Part shown: one piece after another, positions 1 through 11,230 of the stretch
How the letters are laid out: each line of letters begins with the position of its first letter
Numbering within the stretch: the first letter of the stretch is position 1
Origin: Lama guanicoe
Lineage: Eukaryota
Length of the DNA stretch: 64,000 bases
NCBI GenBank assembly: GCA_013239625.1
Contig: MU054220.1
Location: 6,979,367 to 7,043,366 of the forward strand
Direction of reading: 5' to 3'
Notes under the pieces: generated by a model
Told to the model about the DNA's origin: nothing
Database searches by the model: none
Seen by the model: only the letters and a program-made list of their open reading frames with translations
Translations under genes and position numbers: made by a program

Positions 1-549
1 ATGAATAAAATCCCCACTAATGGCCACCAAGCAACTCATACTCTGTTTTGCCCAATACTGTGTTAAGTCCTTTGTGTGAGGATGTATATGTTGGTATGTT
101 TATCTAAACTCCCTCTTTAGGGGTCAATCAGTACATTAAAAAAGCAAAGACAACACCAATCCTTTGAACAAAGAATGAACATAATCTGTCAGTGAGCAAA
201 CAGGTTCTGGATAATGAGAGAAAATTGCTGGAAGAAGCCTTGCAGCTCATGCAGTCTAACCCCCTCACTCCACACACGTGCAGAGGGGTTAAGTGATTTG
301 TCAGAGGTGACTCAAATGCAAAGTCAGATCTTTGCCCCCAGGATAGGTACACTGTCCCCTTTGTACATCTGGCTTATGTGTCTAGCGTTGTGCGAAGCCA
401 TCTGGGAAATACAAAAGAAATACAGACTCCTTTTCTCATTTTCCTGAGTTTAGTTGATATCAGTTTTGGTGATAGGAGTTCTTAATGAAGACAAGATCAT
501 CTAAATACGCTCATGTGTTTCACTGAGAAAAGAGAAAGAGGAAGCAATG

Positions 550-745
550 GATATTTATTGCTCTTTCGTTCTTTGAAAATACTTCTATGTACCTAATCTC
601 ATTTATTCTTAGTGACTCTCTAGAGTGGTATGTTGCATTTCCCCCTTTAGTAGTTAAAGTAACTGAGGCCTGGAGGATTAAGTGGCTTGTTCAAAGGTAT
701 ATAGTTTCCAAATGTAGATACTGTGACTTCAAAATCCTCACTCCC
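550..745 (-). mobile_element. MIR SINE, degenerate
   Basis: Antisense MIR core-like segment: gtaactgaggcctggaggattaagtggcttgttcaaaggt. Confidence 0.65.
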
Positions 746-2719
746 TCACTACTCCTGAAAGAGAGCATCTGATTGATGGACCTTGATTCAGACTAAAACA
801 GTCATCTTTGAACTTTCAGAATAAATGATGTCATATATAATTTCATATATAAATGTATAGACGGTGGAACCAGAGCTCAGACAGGGGTCTTCTGACTCCA
901 GAGCTCCTTCCTTTTCCTCAAAACAAGCCCTCTGACTATCTTCTCCCTTATTCTTTGCAAATAAAATCTAAGTTTCCATTAGTAAGATTTCTTACTGCAT
1001 TTCTACTCCAAATAGTATGTAAATGAAATGGGAAAAGTATGGGAAAGAAAGTTCAAGTTTTGTTATGGACACACATGCACACCCACACTCACACCCACAC
1101 GTATCGCTGGTTAGATAGGTTAATGGATTACTCTCATTAATTCTTGGCATGATGTCTCTCTACAAAAGCAATGAGTAATTAATTAATTCTGAAACTCTCC
1201 CGTTGGTTAAGGTGGTATGAAAATAACAATGTCTTAGGCCATACATGTGTTAATCTTGTGATGGGATCTGATATTTGCTCAAAGTATTTATTTGCTTTGC
1301 AGCTTTATTTAGTGTAAAATTGCTTAGAGGATAGGGTTATCTCCTGTAGCGGTGACAATCCTTGTTGTCAAGCGGTGATTGACAACTGGAAGATGAGAAT
1401 ATTTCCAGAAATAGTCACCTAGAATATTCCCCAAACATAACTTATGAGATAGGCTGTGGGATTTAGAAGAAAGCCCGAAGAATGGATTCAAGTGGGGAAT
1501 CTGACTCACGTTTTGTGTTTGCTGTAAGAAGGTGTAAAGATGTTCAGGGGACAGTTCCTTTGTTGAGGCAGCCATAAACTCTGGAGTAAGCAATCTGGGC
1601 ATAAGCCCAAGAATGTTTTGATGATTTTCGTACATTTATTTAGTTTGCCCCCTCCCCGATACGTTTTAAAATCCATGTTTGTCTAAGCGAAGGGGAAGCA
1701 AAAAATCTACCTTAATGGACACAATTGGTCAAAATTAGAAATTAAGGGGAGATAGTACACATCTGAGGGCAAGGGTGGTATAGTAATGGCAAAATTAATC
1801 GAAGTGAGACAACCAAGAAAGAGAAAGATGCTTAGGGAGACTGAAGTTTTCCTTATTGAGCTGATTCTTTTCCACCTTGAAATATTTTCCTTCTAGGAGG
1901 AAAAATAAAAAGACCTTGAAGATACTGGTTTTGGCTACTTTAAGAGCAACATGTGGTTAGTGATGCTGATACAGCCATAAAACAAGAGAAAATCTAAATG
2001 GAGGAAATATACTTTTCAGAATTACTGTACACATTGAAACTCTTATTCCTGCAATGATTGGATAGAGTTTACTTATCTAGTCTCCAAAACAATAAATTAA
2101 AAGGCTTAAATGTTTTAAGAGTTTGTTTTTGCCTCAAATATGAGTTTGTATTCATTCAGTACATTCATTTTAATTCTGACTCCTAATAATGTGTGTGCTT
2201 TTTATCTAGCATTCCGTTCTGTTTGAATCTTTAAACTTGTATTTCTGAGCAGTAATTGCAGTTCTAAACAGTAACTGTAGTTGGTGTTCAGAGACGGGTC
2301 TTTTCATGACTAATTCTAGGATATAAAGTGAATGATTTTTACAGTGGGACAGGATTAATCTTGGTGGTGTTGCTCTGGCATATTTTGTAGGTTTAATTAT
2401 TATTAATCTGGATAAATTTTAACTTTCAAAATGTTAATTTAACTCACCAGGTCTCCTGGCTCATTAATCTCTTCAATAGTGCCACTTAGGATAAAATGGC
2501 TCATCAAACAATAGCGATTCAATCATAAATATGTGGAAGTGGAAAAGCAGCGACACTGAAGGCTCAGAGGATTCAAAACATTTTTCACTTCTCAGCATTC
2601 TTCATTTTTAATAGTATGAGCCATTGCTGGAGATTTTCCCACTTCATTAAAATTTAATTATCCACTAATGTGACTTTTCTTTTTCTCATACACACACACA
2701 GCTTTACAGAAATGTTAGA

Positions 2720-2850
2720 ACACTTCATTTTCCTCATCTTGAGAATGGGTATAATTCCTACCTCGCCTACTTGAAAAAATACTTGAGATAAGACGATTTT
2801 GAAATGATGAAGTGTAATAGTACTGTAAGCAGGTAAATTATTATTATTGT
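2720..2850 (+). mobile_element. MIR fragment
   Basis: tttcctcatcttgagaatgggtataattcctacctc matches the MIR core; ends in (att)n. Confidence 0.6.
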
Positions 2851-2924
2851 TAGAAACTGCCTTGTTTTCCAACCCCAAAGATAAATTTGCCAGTTCAGCG
2901 ACACTTTTTGCATATAATAATCTT

Positions 2925-3110
2925 GTGTGCCAGATACTACGTTTGTGTGCTTTAAACACAGGGTGCGAAAACTTCACCTTCAAGGTGGAGGTCGTTTTTC
3001 GCAGTTTGCATAAGAGGAATTTGAAGAGGCTAAATGTCCTGCTCACAGTGGAGTAAGTGGTGGAGCCAGGGTTCATAATCAGATCTGCTCCTAAGATCTG
3101 TACAATTCAT
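2925..3110 (-). mobile_element. MIR fragment
   Basis: tgtgtgccagatact...gaggctaaatgtcctgctcacagtg...gtggagccagggttc. Confidence 0.55.
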
Positions 3111-3294
3111 TCTCATGTAAAAAATGGCATAAGAATAATGCCCAGTTTTTATTATGGAGTTGGAACTAAAAACAGCCACAGTTTTACTGCAATCTTATCA
3201 CGTGCTAATGACATTACAGAAGTCACTTCAGTTAACTCTCAGATGAGCACAGGGTTCTTTTTTGTTTTGTTTTTGATTTTGATTTTGCTTCGCT

Positions 3295-3440
3295 TCATTT
3301 TATGAATGAAAAAACTGAGATTCAGGGAAATTAGCACCTTGTGATGCCTCAGATTGTATGTACAGCTAATAAGATGTGGCAGGAAGGGGCTTCTAATTCT
3401 CATCAGTTTGACTCTGAAGCTCTTTTAATTACCTTATTAT
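3295..3440 (-). mobile_element. MIR fragment
   Basis: cattttatgaatgaaaaaactgagattcaggga...cagctaataagatgtggcag. Confidence 0.6.
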
Positions 3441-4314
3441 ACAAAAATGAGACCTGCCTTGCAATTGTTAGGATTATTACAACATTTTTGGTTTTTAAAC
3501 TTTTGCCTACTGTAATTAGCCACTGACTTGAACTGTGGAGGTGGGCATGGCCTCCTTTGTGTGAATTATTTTAGCCTGAGTTTTCTTTGACTGGGGTCAC
3601 ACCGCCAGCACCTTCCAGCAGAATGTCACGGCCCCAGAGAGAGCCAGAACTGCTCTGTAGTTCATCCACAAAGCCTAGCTCCGTGGAGGGCTGATGATTT
3701 ACAGTCAGCAGCCGGCACAGAAATGGGAGGATCAGTTCGACGGTGAGGTCTACTGAGACATCTATAAAACCCACTTTCACACATGATTTATGTCACTGGA
3801 GGCAAACAACGGATAATCTTGTGAAACTATGGACCAGACTTTTTAGACCAGTGAATGATAATGTCTCAGAAGTTATTCCTATCACTAACTCTTTTTTTTT
3901 ACCCCCTATATCCGCTCCCTAGTTTTTCAGGCTCGCTAAGGAAAATATCTCTGGCTTCAGATTTCTCATAACAAACAGAAGTTGGTAGGAAAGCTAGCGC
4001 CATCTGTTTTCTGTAAATCAAATGTTTCGATTAGAGACCCCTATAGGATACATGCGTCAGAAAGGCACGGCATATTACTTACGCAAAAGGACTTTATTTC
4101 TTGCTATGACTAGAATTTGCCAGTCTTGAAACTTGCCTCTTTTAACTGTTAATTCTCAGCTTTGTTGTTGTTGTTGTTGTTTAGAAGTATGGGAATTAGA
4201 TGATAATTCAGGGGTACAGATGGAATTTTTTAGCTGGGAAATGGAGTAGAGAGGACGTACGAGAAAGAAGAATTTATTAATTTTTTAACTGAGTCACAGT
4301 GAGACTTGTTGTTC

Positions 4315-4434
4315 TTTTTTAGGGAGTGGGTAATTAGGTTTATCTATTTATTTATTTAATGGAGGTGCTGGGGAGTGAACCCAGGACCTCATGCGTGCTA
4401 GGCATGTGCTCTACCACTGAGCTCTACCCTCCCC
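4315..4434 (-). mobile_element. Camelid tRNA-derived SINE (Vic-1-like)
   Basis: Reverse complement reads ggggagggtagagctcagtggtagagcacatgcctagcacgcatgaggtcctgggttcactccccagcacctccattaaataaataaatagataaacctaattac, with A and B boxes and an A-rich tail. Confidence 0.9.
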
Positions 4435-5398
4435 GTCCTCCCTTCTTGGTTCTTACACAATTGGAAAAAAAAAAAAAAAGAACATTTTAAATAAATGTAT
4501 TTTAAGACCTAGATTTTTAAAATTTGGTTTCTGATTGTACTGTTTTCCTGGGGGTTTGCACTTAATGCCAGCCTCCAATGAAGGACAATGCCCCGCTGCT
4601 ACTTTAAAGTTGTAAGGAAATCTGCTAAAAAATCTCCTTGATTCTTCCTCAGAAATGTCTGCACCTGAGTGCTTAGTCAGAAAGGTCCATAAAGTGTGCT
4701 TTCATGAAAATTGGAGGCGTACATACTTCTCCTGATGCTGTTACTTGGGTCCAGAATAAGAGCTGCAATAGTGTCATGCTTGAATTGGAACATGCCATCC
4801 CTGAGTATAACAGTGAGAACATTTCAGAAGGATTTTACCCCAAATATACATTTTGCCAGCACCGCTGCCACAGAATTAGATTACCAAGTTGAAAACAACA
4901 ATGCAGAGCCAGGCTCTCCTCACTGGCGAGCTGGCAGTTTGCCCCCCACGTGACAGGAGAGAGCTGCCTTCCCAGATCTGAATGTCGGTAATTAACAGAT
5001 TTGGGACGGCCAAAGGCGGAGTACGTTCTGCTGCTGCTATTTCTTAAATTGTTTTTTTTTTCTTGTTTATTTTTATTGGCAAGGTTGACTCTCCTAGGGG
5101 TTCCCTGTGTGCTGATCTCCCCATCCTCTGGAATTGCACGGTCCCCACTCCCAGAACAACCTTGGGATGGATGCCTTCAGTTCTTTGTCTTTTCCAGTCT
5201 CTTTTTCTCCTTATTTTAACCAGATCCTCTTTATTCCTTTTCTTCTCCACTGGTTTTCATTCTCTCCTCAGACTGATCCTTCCATTCTCTATAGGGATCC
5301 CTAGGTCACTTCCTGACAGTGTTGTGGTGTTACATTTGGATGTGGTTGGGGATGATGGAAAATGGAAAAATTTTGTATCAAATGAAGGGAATACCGGA

Positions 5399-5515
5399 GG
5401 GGAGGGTATAACTCAGTGGTAGAGTGCGTGCTTCGCATGAACGAGGTCCAGTACCACTATTAAAAACAAACAGAAACATACATACATACATAAATACCTA
5501 ATTATCCCCCCAAAA
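5399..5515 (+). mobile_element. Camelid tRNA-derived SINE with B-box deletion
   Basis: ggggagggtataactcagtggtagagtgcgtgcttcgcatgaacgaggtcc joins directly to agtacc; (ACAT)n tail; cctaattatccccc end. Confidence 0.88.
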
Positions 5516-5716
5516 TTTGTTTTTAGTAGGAATATATATCTCTTTCAGAAAATTTGAAAAGACTGAAATAGATGTTAAAAGTATTTCTCCTAATCTCCGT
5601 CCCAGAGTTAACCTTTGCAACCCTGGTCGATATTTGTTTCTGAAAATGTTTGAATGGAATTTCAACAATTTGGTGCAGATATTCATGTTGCTTTGATTTT
5701 AAATGTGGCTTATACA

Positions 5717-6842
5717 CAGCGGTGAGCCAGTAAACGTTTAGGAGCCAGCTCTCAGGAGAAAATATATGATATGTAATATATATATGTATATTTTTATAAG
5801 CCTTACTGATATAAAGGATGTACGAGACACAATTTACAAATAGTGATAAAATATAGAATGTTCTTTATTATAAATTCCATGCGGCCGATTGATTTTCACA
5901 GAACCCTTTTGTTGATTTTTTACAGAAGTCTTGCATCTTTAGCCAATCTATGGTTGCAACTGACAAATGAATGTACTTTCAGTATGAATATTGACTGATA
6001 CTTTCATTTACATTAACATGTAAGTCCAAAGTGAAACAACAAAGACATACTGAGACTTCACTAGTTTGTAAATGAAGCAAGCAAGCTCTTTGTTGAATTG
6101 TATAATAATATTCAAATACTGAAAGAATATTTCTCAGTTTGCTGTGTTGTCCACAATGTAATGTCTGCAGACAATAGAAATGTAAGTTTAATCTGCATTA
6201 TTAACGTCTTTTCCATCACTTTTTCAGTTTTGACTATGCATTCTCAAAGAGGGTGATATGGCCCCTTGGGGGCAAAAACTGGCTCTTGGGATGGAGCAAA
6301 ATATGTTGCTTTTTTCATGTATAAAGTTTAGATGTACATGTAGTACACAAACAGTATTACGCCTGTGGTTTAAATATTTCATGAGGAGGGGACAATTAGG
6401 CCAAAAATATCTAAAAGGACTCCTTGGAGGGTGATAATAATAAAACAGAAAGTTGAGAAACAATCAACCAAATAAGAAATAAAGCCCTGATTCATAACGT
6501 TTGCTGATTTCTATTAAGTACTTCCATCGTGGCCAGTTTCAAGCTACCAGTGTGACATCACTGAATGTGGCATTGAGAGAAGAGGTACAGCACCGTAGCA
6601 TTATATAACATCTCCCCATGCAGGCATAACAGGGGTCCAAAACCTCAAGAGCACAGAGAATAGTTAAATGTGATAAAGTAATTAGTAAGCAATGAGTTTT
6701 AAGTATTTTTAAATAAATTATTAAATTGGACATTGATATAATTTTATTTCTATTAGACTTTAAGCATCCAGCTCACAAAATTTTTGAAAATTTAACCATC
6801 ATCTTTCATGAGCATGTTGGACCTCGCTCCTGTACACCACTG
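5717..6842 (-). mobile_element. MER63-like non-autonomous hAT (Blackjack group) DNA transposon, near full length
   Basis: Degenerate termini cagcggtgagccagtaaacgttta... and ...ctcctgtacaccactg; internal tttcaagctaccagtgtgacatcactgaa and ctatggttgcaactgac match the recalled consensus. Confidence 0.75.
6234..6465. mobile_element. MER105-like hAT element nested in the MER63-like element
   Basis: TIR remnants ttctcaa...ttgagaaac; ccccttgggggcaaaaactggctcttggg and gggtgataat blocks. Confidence 0.65.
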
Positions 6843-7019
6843 GATGGTAAATGCAGAATTTTAGAGAGGTTGGGGGCAAGGGCTGCCTCAGGGGCACCAG
6901 AAAGAGCCAGCTTTTCTTCAGCTTCAGCCCTGTTGAAAGGATGCTTAGAGAGGGCCCAGCTGTTTCTTTTAGTTGGCTGACATAATAAGTATTTTGTCCA
7001 CATTTTTAATTTTAAAAAA

Positions 7020-7260
7020 AATTAGTATGCACTTCTCAGATTCAACTTACTGGTTGAAATGATGTGAACTCACTTTAGGACTTGATACTTACAATCACAT
7101 TGTTTCCAGTAAAGTTGCATCAAATTGCACTCTCCCTAGTAGGATAGAAGATTCCTGTTTCACTGCACATTATACATTTAAAAAACATATGATCACCAGA
7201 GAATTATAGTGTCTCACTTTTGATTGAATACCTTAAGATTTGCAAAGGCTAATTGTAGAA
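7020..7260 (-). mobile_element. Old L1 (L1ME-like) fragment
   Basis: cacattgtttccagtaaagttgcatcaaattgcactctccctag resembles the antisense L1 ORF2 3' region. Confidence 0.45.
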
Positions 7261-7410
7261 GATTTTATTGTACCAATCTATACAACCACATGAAAGATGA
7301 TTAAAAAACATAGCTCCAAATACGTAAGGGTTAATTGAAAGGCTCATGAAATGTATTGTTCCCTTTCATTTGAGGTGTTTAGATCCTTTGTATTATATAA
7401 GATGTCATTT

Positions 7411-7768
7411 TTTTTAAAGAAGAGGTAAAAGTGTCACTATATGCCGACAACATGTTACTATATATAGAAAACCCTAAAAGGTCCACACAAAAGCTACTAG
7501 AGCTGATGGAAGAATTCAGCAAGGTAGCAGGTTACAAGATTAACGTTCAAAAGTCAGTTGCATTTCTTTACACTAACGATGAATCAACAGAAAAAGAAAG
7601 TAAAGAAACAATCCCCTTTAAAATAGCACCCAAACTAATAAAATACCTAGGAATAAATCTAACCAAGGAGGTGAAAGAATTATACACAGAAAACTATAAA
7701 CCATTGATGAAGGAAATTAAAGAAGACTTTACAAAATGGAAAGATACCCATGCTCTTGGATTGGAAGA
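7411..7768 (+). mobile_element. Young L1 ORF2 reverse-transcriptase fragment (defective), inverted relative to an adjacent T-run, with 12-bp TSD
   Basis: Translates [15 protein letters not shown]...[20 protein letters not shown]...[16 protein letters not shown], i.e. L1 ORF2 around the (F/Y)ADD motif, here YADN; flanked by aagatgtcattt at 7399-7410 and 7765-7776. Confidence 0.95.
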
Positions 7769-10278
7769 TGTCATTTATAAATCACTCCTACTAGTTTTGC
7801 TTGGGACACCCCTCTTCCAGTATAGACAATATCACAATTGCTCACAGTTTTATAAGCAATATCGTTTCTATGATAGTGATGATAGAGGAAAAGATACTGT
7901 CAGAGTCTGTGTTTCCACTGAAAATTGTGTCATTTCAAGACAGTAGAAAGAGATTAAAAGTTCTCCTGGATGTGAGGTTATATAAAATGGAACATTTAAA
8001 TATGAAAGCTTTAAAATGTATTTCTCCAAAAGATTATTGATACATATATTTTCACTGCATCTAAGCATTTATAATATGCAGGTAAATGCATTGAAAATCT
8101 TCATCATCAAATCTGACATCATATTTTATTTTTCTTCATTTTTATTTTTCAAGACTGAAGTGATTATCAAGTCTCAGGAATTTTCTTGGATGGTACATCA
8201 GGACTTAGATGAGGCATAGATTTCTTTTCCACTCCCAAATTTAAAGTTCACCTCAGCTGCAAGTTATATAGTAAGTGTAACAACGTGGCAGTCCTTACTG
8301 TGCAGATAAATCAAGGGAGCCTCTGCCAGAGTGGCACTGTATGTGTCACTGCTAGGTTGTGATATACTGAAATAATACTTGATGTTTGAGAAGCTGGGTT
8401 GACGAACGCAAACAGCATTGTTCAGGCTTGCGAACATCAATTGATATTCACCCATCTGTCTCTCTCTACTTCCTCCTTCTCCACTTATGCAAATAAGAGT
8501 GTCAGTTAGTCTGGAGGTTGGCAGGACAGTGAAGAGTCTTTTGTTGGGATGTGCTTGCAATACATAGACTTTTTGTTTCCTTTTCTTTGGGAAGATCCTT
8601 ATGAGACTGACTCTAACCTATGGAAACATAAATAACCTTTAGTTACATGAGAGGTAGTGCTTGCATCCATAGCAAAGAGGAAATGTTCTGAAAGGGGATG
8701 TATTGGAGATGAATCTGGATAAGCCTCTGAAAGGAGAGAAAAAGATTGCTTTTAAGGGAGAGGCAGACATCGGATCAAGGGCTAAGCATTTAAAGTCTGC
8801 TCCAGTACCATTATTAAATTATCTAATTAATATCATTTAATAATGCATATTAACTAATTTAGAGTGAATAAGCTTGTTGACCTCTAGCTGTATAATTTCC
8901 ACATCAGGTCCCTTGATATCTGTAACCTATTAGTTTTATAGGCATGTCATTATTATTATTCAATTAAAGTTCTAGGTGTCTTGGGTAGACATGAGAAGAT
9001 GATAATTAGCTTCAAAACACGGCCTTTCCATTGTTGTTATCAAATAGACAGCATGTCTGTTTGGTTTTGTTAGTTAACATTTTCATATAACACACATTTT
9101 AGCAATAATGAGAGTTTATACTCTGATACAATTTGCTACAATACCTTTAGCATCTATGTATTACCAAATGAAATTATAGCCTGCAATTATATGATGCAGT
9201 AGATTCAGCAGTACATAAATGCTTCTCCCCCATATAGTCTCACTGTCTTTCCCTCTCAGTGTGTAGTTCTCTTCACCCCTGGTCTTTAATTTACCCATTG
9301 ATGTTGTCCCCATGAAGTCATTAGAATTTCATACACAGCTAGTTACAAAATGGTGATTAATAATGGAGACATTGATAAGCTTACCAGTTCTCCCAAAACT
9401 GGGAATACTCAATTCTGTTTCCTAAACATGGCTGATTAATTGTTGATTAATTCTGCTTCCAGAATGTGGTTTGGTTTTCTTATACATACTTCTGGACAGA
9501 GTACCAATCTGTCCAGAAGCCCTGTGTAAGACTTTTTTTTTTTAGGTCCTGTGGTTAGATTCCCACGTAAGTTGACATTGCTGCCCGTTCCCACATATAA
9601 CCCAACTAATTTATTACAGGACTTGTTGTCTGTACCTGCATACACCAAAGGGGAAAGAGGAAAGGTGGGCCATCCTGTTTGTATTCCTGGTTGTCTTAAA
9701 TCCAATCAAGATAAATTGCAGTTGATGTGAGAATAGCCAGGGTAATCTTAAAATACCATTTCAGGCATAGTGTCTTGGTCAAACTATACCCTCCCCGAAT
9801 TGCATCGTGAACACCATATTCTGTCTAATCATAGATAATGGAGGAAGGGAAGAGTTGCTCTGATTCGGTCAAACATGGTTTAAGGAATAGATGTTCCATC
9901 AACGCACGTGATGCAGAGAAGAACACTGGATTTGTAGTCAGATATTGTCAGCTTAAGGGATTCGTTGACAGTGGCCGGCTTTGTGGCTTGGCAGAGGGAA
10001 TTTAACTCTCTGAGAATCTGCTCCTTTTGGGGTTAGGAAGTGCGCGCTCTCGCACATCCATGTAGCTTGTTCACGCTCAGCTCATTTATTACATAGAGCT
10101 GCAGGGACATGCAAATGAAAAACTAACAGGAAAGTACTTTGCTGACCGTGAAGCACCACGACCAGGTAAGTGACCCTGGCTTCTCTTCTCTCTGCCAGTC
10201 ACGGCCCCCTTGCTCCCCTCTGAGCATGTCAGGAATTCTCCTTGCCAGCGCCTCCCCCTTTACTGTTCTCTTTGCCTG

Positions 10279-10694
10279 GGTATCAGTCTGCAGAGGATGA
10301 CATAACAAAGTACCACAAACTGGCTGGCTTAAGAGGGGAAAGGATGTAATCGTTCTGAGCACCAGAAGTCTGGAATCAAGGTGCCAGCGGGAGTGATTCC
10401 TTCTAAGAGCTGTGGGAGAAGGATCTGCCCCAGGGATCTGTATTTGGCTTAGAGATAGCTGCCTTCTGCCCGTGTCTCTTCCCATTATCTTCTCTCCGCG
10501 TGTCTGTCTCTGTTTCCACATCTCCTCTTTTTATAAGGACATGAGTCATATTGGATTAGAGCCCACACTAAAGACCTCATTTTAACTTAATTATCTCTGT
10601 CAAGATCCTGTCTCCAAATAAGGTAACATTCCAAGGTGCTGGGTATGAGGACACCAACATCGCTGCTTTTAAAGGGACACCATTCAACACACAG
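10279..10694 (-). mobile_element. MaLR solo LTR (MLT1C-like)
   Basis: cataacaaagtaccacaaactggctggcttaa...agaagtctggaatcaaggtg...ttttataaggacatgagtcatattggattagagcccac...tctccaaataaggtaacatt. Confidence 0.85.
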
Positions 10695-10782
10695 TCCCCA
10701 GAGAGCTACACGACCCCTTCCTTCTTCTGGGCCTTTACTGTTTGATGAATCCCTCTCTGGCTACTCCATTTAAAAATATACA

Positions 10783-11011
10783 TTCGAGATTTGCAGATAC
10801 TAATATATATAAAATAGATAAACAACAAGTGTAAACTGAATAGCACAGGGAACCATATTCAATATCTTGTAGTAACTTATGGTGAAAAAGAGTATGAAAA
10901 TGAATATATGTCATGTTCCTGTATGACTGAAGTATTGTGCTGTACACCAGAAAATGACACAAACATTGTAAGCTGGCTGTACTTCAATAAAGTATATTTT
11001 AAAAAAAAAAA
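10783..11011 (+). mobile_element. Young 5'-truncated L1 3' UTR with poly(A)
   Basis: gagatttgcagatactaa...gcacagggaaccatattcaatatcttgtagtaac...tgtacaccagaaa...aataaa then an A-run; tt/aaaa endonuclease-like site immediately upstream. Confidence 0.9.
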
Positions 11012-11039
11012 TATATATATGTGCATTCTCAGACACATA

Positions 11040-11230
11040 TGTGCCCCTTCTCCCTTTGATCAAGTCAATAGCACAATACTATCTTTTTCACTAATTTACT
11101 TGACTCATTCCACTCGACTGAAAGCCCTGTGGGAGTAGGGATCTTGGTTTGTTTTATTTATTTCTGTCCTTTGGCCATGAGAGCAGTACCTGGCCCACAG
11201 TAGATGTTCAATCAATGTGTGCTGAATGAG
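11040..11230 (+). mobile_element. L2 3' end
   Basis: agcagtacctggcccacagtagatgttcaatcaatgtgtgctgaatg. Confidence 0.7.

Noticed and set aside
3571..5350. Cluster of short ORFs suggesting a processed pseudogene
   Set aside because: No recognisable protein in the supplied translations, and no poly(A)/TSD pair bounding the region.
4315..5515. tRNA-like A-box/B-box sequences
   Set aside because: These are SINE heads followed by SINE body and A-rich tails; no complete cloverleaf.
7431..7946. 171-aa ORF, the longest in the track
   Set aside because: An L1 ORF2 fragment with a non-ATG start and mutated catalytic motif that runs into unrelated flanking DNA; not a host gene.
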